Part shown: piece by piece, positions 1-8,251 of the stretch | How positions within the stretch are numbered: the first letter of the stretch is position 1 | How the letters are laid out: each line of letters starts with the position of its first letter | NCBI GenBank assembly: GCA_030167865.1 | Contig: JALAGF010005883.1 | Coordinates: forward strand, 1-34,336 | Reading direction: 5' to 3' | DNA: 34,336 nt | From: Craspedostauros australis | Taxonomy: Eukaryota | Notes under the pieces: model-generated | Database searches by the model: none | The model's input: only the letters and a program-made list of their open reading frames with translations | What the model was told of the DNA's origin: nothing | Translations under genes and position numbers: made by a program

Positions 1-1209
1 TGTTGAAGCTGTTGATGCTGTTGGTGGTGTTGCAGATGTTGAGTCATGCATGGTTGCACGCGAGGAGGAGAAGGAGTTGTGACGAGACACGGAGCGGGTG
101 ATGCTTCCGTTGGATGATCTGCCGGTTGATGGTTGGTCATCACGCTCCGAATCACGTTGATTGCGCTCTTGCTGTTGCTTCTGTTGTTCTTGTTGTTTGC
201 GTTCACGTTGGCGGCGCTTGCTTTCGTATGCATCGAAGCTGGCGTATTCTCTCTCATTCGATCTGCTTGTGTTGTTGTTGTTGCTGGTATTGTCTTCTTT
301 GACATTGGTTGGGTCTTTCTCGTTGACGTGACCTGTGTTGCCCGTCCTTGCCATCAATCCATCGATGCTCTCATGTTGATCAGCGCTGAAGTGGCTGTCG
401 AGGACAACTGTGCTTGTGCTGTTTGTGTTGGTGCTGTTTGTGTTGATGTTATCGCGAATGACCGTTTCACATGATGGATTGGGGTCAAGATCGAGACCAT
501 CCTCACTGCTGTCGGTGCTGTCGGTGCTATCGACGCTGTCAATGCTGGAAGCTCTGTCAGTGATGTCAGTGCTGTCGACGCTGTCAGTGGTATTGACGCT
601 GTCAGTGGTGTTGACGCTGTCAGTGGTGTTGACGCTTTCAAGGCTGTTGGTGGCAAGGTCGCTATCGCCTTCATCCGACGGTTGGCTGGTTTCGGCAGTA
701 TCGACGCTGCTGGAATCGTTGATGGATTCGAAGTTCCTGAGTGCGTTCTTGCTTCTGGTTCTGCTGTTGCTTCTGGTCCTGATTCTGCCGTTGGTGCGGC
801 TGCCGCTTCTGGACCTGCTGCCACTCCTGCTTCTGCTCTTGCTGCATCTCAGCCGTCGCTGGCGACGTTCTTGCTTTCGTTCTTTCTGTATCTGCTGACG
901 GCGAGATCGAGACAGACGTCCGGTTCTGGTGTTGCGGGGACCGGTGTCATCATCATAGTACGAATCGTAGTCTGTGTCGTACGGCAGCTCCTTGGTGACG
1001 ACGGGATCGGTGACATCATCGACGAAGCATGCATTGAGCGCGCATGGATCATTATCGAGGTAGTCGTCGAGGAGGCATGCCCACAGTGTGTCGCACAAGT
1101 TTTGTTCGTTGTATGGATCGGTGATGCTGGTGTTGTGTTTGAGAGTGTGTGATGAAGATCCGTCGTTGACTCCGACCTCCGACTCGGATGCTGATACCAT
1201 CAACGTCAT
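1..1209 (-). CDS. Hypothetical low-complexity protein, 3'-partial (runs off window); RS-rich basic block, acidic D/S/T repeats, Q/N-rich
   Basis: Manual translation: ATG at 1209 (MTLMVSASESEVGVNDG...) is open for 403 codons to base 1 with no stop. It is absent from the ORF track because no stop lies in the window. Contains RCSKSRSRSGSRSRSGSR, SVNTTD x3 and KQQEQQKQQQER. No recognisable domain, and the start codon is uncertain. Confidence 0.6.
   Translation of the reverse strand, partial: MTLMVSASESEVGVNDGSSSHTLKHNTSITDPYNEQNLCDTLWACLLDDYLDNDPCALNACFVDDVTDPVVTKELPYDTDYDSYYDDDTGPRNTRTGRLSRSRRQQIQKERKQERRQRRLRCSKSRSRSGSRSRSGSRTNGRIRTRSNSRTRSKNALRNFESINDSSSVDTAETSQPSDEGDSDLATNSLESVNTTDSVNTTDSVNTTDSVDSTDITDRASSIDSVDSTDSTDSSEDGLDLDPNPSCETVIRDNINTNSTNTNSTSTVVLDSHFSADQHESIDGLMARTGNTGHVNEKDPTNVKEDNTSNNNNTSRSNEREYASFDAYESKRRQRERKQQEQQKQQQERNQRDSERDDQPSTGRSSNGSITRSVSRHNSFSSSRATMHDSTSATPPTASTAST
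577..636. repeat. 18-bp coding tandem repeat (gacgctgtcagtggtrtt) x~3.3
   Basis: Directly visible; encodes SVNTTD repeats on the minus strand. Confidence 0.9.
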
Positions 1210-2249
1210 GGTGACTGTTGTTGCCTGTCCTGTGTGGTGGATGTGAATGCCGATGTGAATGCCGATGGGGTGGAGGGTTGGTGTGAGTGTGGATGTTGAA
1301 TGTGGATAGTGAAGAAGGCGAAAGAGGAAAGGAAGTGAAGGAGAAAGTCGTTGCTGATCGCATGCAATGGTCACATGAAATCACAGCAATGATCACAATG
1401 GTTGCATCAGATGTATCGGTTGTGTTGAGTGCGACTGTTGGGGTTGGTGTGGTATGGTGTGGTGCACAGCTCGTACGAATCTGCATGGACACAGGACAAG
1501 AAGCAACGGAATGTGATGTGGATTGACGTACTGTATGTACAATGGTCTCTGTCTCCAAGTCTCTGTCTCACTGTCCGCGTGTGCTTATCCGTACTATCAA
1601 CGACTATCGCTTTGCTTCGATTGGGTCTTGGTGGATTTGATGTGCTCTTTGTTGTTCTGGTGTTGTTGTTGTTGCTGCTGTCGTTGGTGACTATTTGTGT
1701 GGTGATTGTTGATGATTGTTGGGGGGAGCTGAAATTTGTGTGACATTTCGTGAGAGTGTTTGTGAGGTGCAATTTTGTGACCGTTGGTCGTTAAATGTTT
1801 CGCTATGTGAGATGCGTTGGTATCTTTGTGTTCGTGTTTTCCACGATCGCCTTCTCATGTCATCGTAACAAACTGTAACAAGTTGTGAGAAGCTGCACGA
1901 AGATGGTCAGGTCCAACGTAATCAGCATGCGATGGATGCGCCTTGTCACATCTCAAAGGTGCGCGAACACAACATGAGGCAAGGAATGGACTGCACATCT
2001 TCTCTGCGACTGTGCACGAGTATGGGTAGTTGTGTGGTGGATTATGAAAGAGAGACAGGAGATGAGCTGCGCATTGATCAGTCATCTTTTTCTGTGTTTG
2101 GATGATGGCACAACATCACGTGGAAGCGACGGCGATGATTGGAGGGTACGGATGATCTGTTGGATGACGAAAGAGTGTTGTCGGAAGAGTCGAATGATGG
2201 TTGAAGGGGTCCTTTTCTCTGTTGCATCGGCGCGTAGAGTGCTCCTCTC

Positions 2250-2266
2250 TACTCCACTCTCCTCTA
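2250..2266. repeat. Target-site duplication, left copy (tactccactctcctcta, 17 bp)
   Basis: Identical to 11089-11105 and abuts the tail repeat. The last 'ta' could belong to either the TSD or the tail. Confidence 0.93.
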
Positions 2267-2279
2267 ATAATAATAATAA
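2265..2279 (-). repeat. 3' tail of the retrotransposon, (TTA)5 on the element sense strand
   Basis: Plus strand taataataataataa between the 3' UTR and the TSD. Confidence 0.85.
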
Positions 2280-2491
2280 CGCACTGATTATCCCCTCCCA
2301 CGAGGGTCGCCTCGAAAGCTTTAACGTCGCCGGCATACAGCGAGCCCTCACGGGCCGACTGCGCTCGAACGACCTACCTAGACCTCTCACATCCGTGTCT
2401 ACCATGGCTTGCCAACTCCACGGGCCATAAAACATACCGCACTGGGCACCCAGTTGTCACTGTGATGCACTTCACACTCATTTTTCTGTTG

Positions 2492-5400
2492 TCACGAAAG
2501 TCGTCGTCGCCGGGCCCTGCAACCTGTCGCATCCTGCCTTGCTCCGCCGCCTTTCCGCTTGCGATGTCGCTGGGCTTGGCCGTGCGTACGCCGCCGCAAC
2601 CCTGCTTGCCTGGCCGCCCGTACATGCCGCACCCACAACATCTGATTCTCCGCCGATTGCGCTCGTACCGCCGCCTCCGTTGTGTGAGTCAGCAGGCGAA
2701 CGTCATCGCCGCCGATCCCTTGCACTCCTTGTCGCCACTCCTCTCGGACTGCGATCGCGGCCTCCTGCCATATCGTAGCTGCCGTGGCTGCCTGCACGTT
2801 GTCATGGAGCACCTTGTTGCGTGCCATCCACGCCTTCCATCGCACCTCCCACAGACCCACCATTGCCCTTGCGATCCAATTGGCCGGACGCCCTGGTTGG
2901 CCACTGATCTCCATCGTGCTTTCCTGGATTCGTTGCCACCTCGCTGACCATCGTCCTCGTACCATCATACCCCACCCTATTTCTTGCTGTTCCATCATCG
3001 CCTGTTGCAACTGATAACCCACCTCCATTTGGACTTCCCGTCCCTCACTCCATGCCCAGACTTGCCTCACCATGGCTCTAACCATCGGGCCGTCTCCTCG
3101 CGCTGCCATCATCTCAGTCTCCCACTCCTTCATCGCCGCTCGCCGCACTGACACTGCCAACGGATGCTGGCACTGCATGACATGCTCCGTGGTCTCCTCC
3201 TGATCTTTGCATATTGGGCACCTATCGCCGCTCCAGAACTTCCACTTTCGCATATTGCGCCCGACTGGCCCGAAACTGCATGCATGCTTCGCCACCCATT
3301 TCCGGCGCGCCGGCTTCAGGAGAGCCATCGCGATCGCAGCCGCCGTAACATCCACCTTCTTTGCCTCGCCCTTCTGGATCCGGCCCACCTTGCACTGCCA
3401 CTGCACCGTCCTTTGTCCTTGGACATACTTGCGGATCGTCGCCGTGGCATTCGTGCAGACCTTCCTGCCGTCGAGCCATATCGCCCACTCAGCCTCGTAT
3501 CCCTCTTCGTCGGCATACTCTATTTCAGCCGAATGTGCTGCCCCCGCCGCCTTGTCAACATCGTCATTCCATTCTGCAAACTCGTCCCTCGCCACTCCTC
3601 GATCTCGCTCCAGCTGATGACCGTACACATGCTGATACTCCAGAGTCACCGTCAGCCGCCTTTGGATTCGTCGTATCTCGCGAATGACGTCGAAGTGCTG
3701 AACAGCCGTGCTGACGTCCCGCGTGTACTGCACCGCGTGGATTCCAGCCATCTTATTGTCGCAAGCGACTACGACGACTTTCCCTTTCGTTGCGTGCCTC
3801 ATGTCGTGGCGTTGGATGATGTCTTCCACGGTGCGGAGAGCTTGCAAAATGCCTCCAAGTTCTGCGCGATAGGCGCTCTGCACTTCTGCCCGGCCCGGAA
3901 CTGGTCCTGCCGCCGACACTTTGCCTTTCCGCCTCCCTCGCACGTTGAGCGAGTACGCCGCAGTACTCCTGCCATTCTTGAACGACCCGTCGGTGCTCAC
4001 TACTGCCTTCCCTTGTACCACTGCCTCCAGCCACGACTTCTCCGCCTGCCTTGAATTCGTGCGGCGCTCCGTCTTGCGTTTCCGCACTCTTCCCCCGATG
4101 CCTACCACTCGCAAGCAACCTCCTCGTTCTCGCACATGGACTCCTCTCCAATCTGTCGGCGGGTCCATCGTCACATTCGACGTGCCTGCGTACTCTTCCA
4201 TGCCCGGCACCGCTCCTGCTTTAGCGTTCCACTGTCTCCATTCTCGCACGTTCTCCCGAAGCCATATCACCTTGCGATTGTCGCTCATCATGGCGCTGAC
4301 TTGGTCCACGTCCCATGCCGTACTCATCCGTGCTTTCTGCACCACTTTTCGTAGTGCCTGCCTCCACAGCGCCCAGTCCTTCTTGGGAATCTTGCCCTGC
4401 CTTGGCCAGCTGACATGTTGCCGCCCTCGCCATGTGCCTTCGTCGCAGGTTCTTTGGTGCGCCACGACTCCACCGTGCCTCTCGTCCACCACATCCGCCA
4501 CGCTGACCACTTTCATGATCATTCGGCATCTGTTCAGTCGAGATCGTTGGGCTCGGCTATATCCTGCGGCTTGAAATGCCACCGATAGCCACTCATCTTT
4601 GTCGTGGACGAGTGCTGCTGTCGCTGTCTTCTCTCGGATCCGAATATTGCATTCATTGGCCTCTTTCCACACCGTTTTCACCCAGCATTCCGTAGCCAGG
4701 AATTCCCATTCGTTGTACTGGACTTCGAACATGGACGCTCCAGCCCCGACCTCCGTTTTCATCGCTTGTATGCATCCCCGTAGTAGTTTGCCTGTCATAG
4801 TCGCTCTGTCGCCGTGCTCGAGTACCATCTTCATGTGCTCCACCACCTGTGTGGTGTGAAGTTCGTGAAGATTCGCCCCTAGCCACTCGGCTGTTGCATA
4901 GGCCATCTCCCTTGGAAACCCTCGGTTGAGACCAATCTTAGACATCATCGTCTTCCAGACTGGCTTCATAATCCCGTTGCATTGTTCCCTCGATAGCTGC
5001 GCCACTGGCAACACATATTCCAGCTTCTTCATCAGAACTGTCCGGATCGCCGTCTCTGCATCTTCCTGTCGCATACGCCACGATTTCACGCTCTCAACCC
5101 ACTTCGCCGCCTTGCTTCGTAGGGTAGCCTCTATCGCCGACCCGTTGCCATCGGGCGCGAGCTTCACACCTAATGTTTCGAATGCTTGCTCGCTTCCGCT
5201 TCTTGGCATCGCTTGCGGTACTCCCGTGGTCCCCTTCATCATCAGCTTAGCTGGCGTCTCTGCGTCCGTCGCATATCGCCACGTGCCGTCGCTATTCCAC
5301 TTGAAATCGACCGCCCACCACATACATTTTTCCACCACCAGGGCGCCTCCTGTTGCTCTTGCCAGGCTCTCCCACGACTGTACACTCCGCTGCATGCGCT

Positions 5401-8251
5401 GGATCGTTTGCTGTACGTCCTCGCCTTCCCGTGCGTTTACCACTAAATCCGTGTCATCCACAAATGCATACCCCACCATCTCCACATCTTCTCCGCTCGC
5501 CGCCGTCCGGAAGCTGGCTGTGTGCCCTTCTCGTTTCATGATTTCCAGTACTGGCGATGAGATTACTGCCCATATCACCGGCCCTGCTCCATTCCCTTGG
5601 TAAATACCTTGCATTGGTACCACCCATCGTTTGCCTCCGTACGTGAGTCGAGATTCGCCGTACGCAGTTCTGATGTAGTGCTCAAGTTGCTGGAGTGTGC
5701 TGAACATACACACCACTTCCGATTGCGCTATTCCTTGCCTCTGCAACCCCAATGATGCCACCGTGTGCACGATTCGATCGTAGCAGCTCTTGAGATCATT
5801 GGTGCAAAGCACTGTTGGCACTCGCACCTGTCTGGCCCAGTCCAACGTGAGTTGTTTGTTCAGCGCATGGTCAATTGCTCGATGTCGTTTGCGGCTGCCA
5901 TACTGTTCCTCAGCAAATCCGTTTTGCTGTTCCGCCTGATGTGCAGCCTTGCGCCCGATGGCCTTGTTCGCAAAATTGAAATCCGCTTCGAAGAGCACGA
6001 TGGTCCTCAGCTTGTCGACTCTGAAGCTGTTAGCTTTCTTCATCAGCTCCACGTCTGTGCCTTGTCTCCATCGCCGGTACGAGTAGCCGCTTACCATCGC
6101 AATCGAAGTCATGCTTGCTTCGAACTCCGAATTCTTCTGATGGTGCGCTATAGCTTTGAAATGGCCAAAATGCAACCCCGATGGTCCTGCCGACGTGTCC
6201 TCCTTGGCTCTTTTCCACCCTTGCTGGAACTCCTTCGTTGTCATTCCTGCTGGGATGCTCCTGCTTGCCACCGATTTCAGTCCCTGTAGGAGCTTCGCGG
6301 CGCCTTCATCAACCCATGGTCGTGGTGCGTAGCTTCCGTTGAGCGTTTGCTCCGCCGCTTCAGTCACCCCGAGATACCCGAATTCTCTTGCCAGCTGGCC
6401 GTGCATGAACGGCGTGTTCTCAGTTTGCCGAAATCGCCTCTTGTTTTCTTCCATGCACCCTTTCTCGATGTCTTCCTTGCTAGTCCGTTCCACCCACTGC
6501 CCGTTCCCGTCCGGTGCTATCACCATGGATATGCCAGCCGTTGCATTTTCGCCTGTAGCCATTCGTATCCTCCGATATGTTGCCCGCACTCTCTCCTTCG
6601 TCCGCAGCTGTCGTAATTGCTGTGATGTCGCTTCCCCAACCTCTCTCTCCCCTCTTCCTCTGTTGTTGCCTCGCTGCTGTTCCTCTCGTCGTCTCAATTC
6701 CTCCCCGCCTCTTGCTTCCGCTAGTCCCTCTAACCAGTTCTCTCTTGCTTTCGTCGCCCTTGTTCTGAACTGCTTCAAGTTCTCGTACGCCGATTCTTGC
6801 TCTTTTGCCACCTCCTCGTTGGCGCATCTCATCAGCTCTTGTACCTTACGCGTTTCCCCTGCTCTCTTCGCCAGCCTCACGATGGTCTTCGACGAGATAT
6901 TGGCTCCGCTTTGTTTTCTCACCACGTTGTTCCACAGCCCGATGTTGGCTTCAATCCGTTTGTACTCCCTCGAGTACGGTATGCCTCCCATCCGTAGTCT
7001 GCGGCAGGCCTTATCGGCTTTCCATATTCCTTCCACGCGAATTCTGTCGAGTTTCTCTGCTTCCTTCTCCATGTTTGTCGTCCACTCTTCTGATGCCGCT
7101 TGTTCTAGCCAAAACGCTCTTGCCCTTGCTTTGTGTTGCTTCAAGTGCGTTTCGTAAGCATCATTGAACCTCTGTACGATCCTTGGATCTTCCGTCTTCA
7201 CTCTCCTCGACACAGCCTTGCGCAGATTTGGCATTGATTGCCCGAGCACTGCGATCATGTTGACGTCGATCCACAGGCATCGGTGGTCTGCTTGCCTCAT
7301 TTGTATCCCCTCATCCCATTCGCTTGCTCCAGCCCCTTCGATCCGAACTCCCGTTGTGGCGAAGATTCCGTCGATAGGCACTTTTCCTAGACGATGTGTT
7401 GGCAATCGACTGACTTCTTCGCCTGCGCATTCCATCGTGTTGGTTAGTCCTGTGGCCTCTTGGAATTGCCGCATAGTGGCCGAATTCGTGTCTTCGTTGC
7501 AGTCCATTGCCACGATTACGTGGTCGCCTTCCGCTCTCCATGCCTGAATCGCTTTCTGAAGGTCCTCTATCATCGCCGCTCGAGGTTCCTTGTCCATCTT
7601 CTTCTCATTGAAGTACCGCCTCTGTTGTGCGTGTGTGTTCAAGAAACCTTTGCTTCGTGGCCTGCATGGTCTATACGCTGTTACCACTCGGAGCGTTTGC
7701 TGGTTGGCTCCGCGGTAACGTTGCCACACCCATCGCCCCAGCTTGGTTGGATCTTCACCTTGGCCCATGATGCGGATTGCCGCTTGGAATCTGCTGATCA
7801 TTGCCACTCCTCCCCACTGTTTGCTTTGTGTGGGTTCGTTGGTCGCGTTATTCGCCGTCTTCGCCACTGCCGTTCCTGTTGGCCACCATTCCTGTATCCG
7901 CCCTTTGAGTGTATGCTCTGTTGATGTCGTCCTCCAGTCCACATTCACCTCCGTAATCCCAAATACGTCAAATTCGCCTTCGTTCATCCACCTCTTCAAT
8001 CCCTCGTCAACTACTCCTGGTCTCCTTCCGAGTCCTCCGAAGTTCTGCAACCCTATCCTCAGTTGCCCCGTTCGCTTCCTCAGCATTCTCCTCCTCACCC
8101 GAGTCATCCTTCCCCCTTCGTTCGTATCCTGTCGTCTGCTGCTGTTGGGTTGTTGCGGTATAACCTCCCGATCCGCAGGCGCTTGTTGTGGGCTCTGAGT
8201 CGCTCGCCGTGCTGCCACCGACTGTTGCTCTTGCCCTTCTGGCCTAACCAT
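2492..8251 (-). CDS. Retrotransposon ORF2: APE endonuclease - reverse transcriptase - RNase H - CCHC zinc finger (~1919 aa from first ATG)
   Basis: APE (~7260-8065): LQNFGGL, FGITEVN, VTAYRP, AMDCNE, IDGIF, DHRCLW. RT (~5150-6200): SAGPSG, KLRTIVLFEADF, QYGSR, NDLKSCYDRI, GIYQGNGAGP, AFVDDTDL (5453-5464), TLGV. RNase H (~3545-4010): STDGS, RAELGG, CDN, HVYGHQ, NDDVDKAA. CPIC-x8-H-x3-C at ~3170-3220. The track start at 8314 is a GTG; the first ATG is at 8251. Confidence 0.95.
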   Translation of the reverse strand: MVRPEGQEQQSVAARRATQSPQQAPADREVIPQQPNSSRRQDTNEGGRMTRVRRRMLRKRTGQLRIGLQNFGGLGRRPGVVDEGLKRWMNEGEFDVFGITEVNVDWRTTSTEHTLKGRIQEWWPTGTAVAKTANNATNEPTQSKQWGGVAMISRFQAAIRIMGQGEDPTKLGRWVWQRYRGANQQTLRVVTAYRPCRPRSKGFLNTHAQQRRYFNEKKMDKEPRAAMIEDLQKAIQAWRAEGDHVIVAMDCNEDTNSATMRQFQEATGLTNTMECAGEEVSRLPTHRLGKVPIDGIFATTGVRIEGAGASEWDEGIQMRQADHRCLWIDVNMIAVLGQSMPNLRKAVSRRVKTEDPRIVQRFNDAYETHLKQHKARARAFWLEQAASEEWTTNMEKEAEKLDRIRVEGIWKADKACRRLRMGGIPYSREYKRIEANIGLWNNVVRKQSGANISSKTIVRLAKRAGETRKVQELMRCANEEVAKEQESAYENLKQFRTRATKARENWLEGLAEARGGEELRRREEQQRGNNRGRGEREVGEATSQQLRQLRTKERVRATYRRIRMATGENATAGISMVIAPDGNGQWVERTSKEDIEKGCMEENKRRFRQTENTPFMHGQLAREFGYLGVTEAAEQTLNGSYAPRPWVDEGAAKLLQGLKSVASRSIPAGMTTKEFQQGWKRAKEDTSAGPSGLHFGHFKAIAHHQKNSEFEASMTSIAMVSGYSYRRWRQGTDVELMKKANSFRVDKLRTIVLFEADFNFANKAIGRKAAHQAEQQNGFAEEQYGSRKRHRAIDHALNKQLTLDWARQVRVPTVLCTNDLKSCYDRIVHTVASLGLQRQGIAQSEVVCMFSTLQQLEHYIRTAYGESRLTYGGKRWVVPMQGIYQGNGAGPVIWAVISSPVLEIMKREGHTASFRTAASGEDVEMVGYAFVDDTDLVVNAREGEDVQQTIQRMQRSVQSWESLARATGGALVVEKCMWWAVDFKWNSDGTWRYATDAETPAKLMMKGTTGVPQAMPRSGSEQAFETLGVKLAPDGNGSAIEATLRSKAAKWVESVKSWRMRQEDAETAIRTVLMKKLEYVLPVAQLSREQCNGIMKPVWKTMMSKIGLNRGFPREMAYATAEWLGANLHELHTTQVVEHMKMVLEHGDRATMTGKLLRGCIQAMKTEVGAGASMFEVQYNEWEFLATECWVKTVWKEANECNIRIREKTATAALVHDKDEWLSVAFQAAGYSRAQRSRLNRCRMIMKVVSVADVVDERHGGVVAHQRTCDEGTWRGRQHVSWPRQGKIPKKDWALWRQALRKVVQKARMSTAWDVDQVSAMMSDNRKVIWLRENVREWRQWNAKAGAVPGMEEYAGTSNVTMDPPTDWRGVHVRERGGCLRVVGIGGRVRKRKTERRTNSRQAEKSWLEAVVQGKAVVSTDGSFKNGRSTAAYSLNVRGRRKGKVSAAGPVPGRAEVQSAYRAELGGILQALRTVEDIIQRHDMRHATKGKVVVVACDNKMAGIHAVQYTRDVSTAVQHFDVIREIRRIQRRLTVTLEYQHVYGHQLERDRGVARDEFAEWNDDVDKAAGAAHSAEIEYADEEGYEAEWAIWLDGRKVCTNATATIRKYVQGQRTVQWQCKVGRIQKGEAKKVDVTAAAIAMALLKPARRKWVAKHACSFGPVGRNMRKWKFWSGDRCPICKDQEETTEHVMQCQHPLAVSVRRAAMKEWETEMMAARGDGPMVRAMVRQVWAWSEGREVQMEVGYQLQQAMMEQQEIGWGMMVRGRWSARWQRIQESTMEISGQPGRPANWIARAMVGLWEVRWKAWMARNKVLHDNVQAATAATIWQEAAIAVREEWRQGVQGIGGDDVRLLTHTTEAAVRAQSAENQMLWVRHVRAARQAGLRRRTHGQAQRHRKRKGGGARQDATGCRARRRRLS

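Noticed and set aside
577..636. CRISPR-like array
   Set aside because: Head-to-tail coding repeat with no unique spacers, no cas genes and a eukaryotic context.
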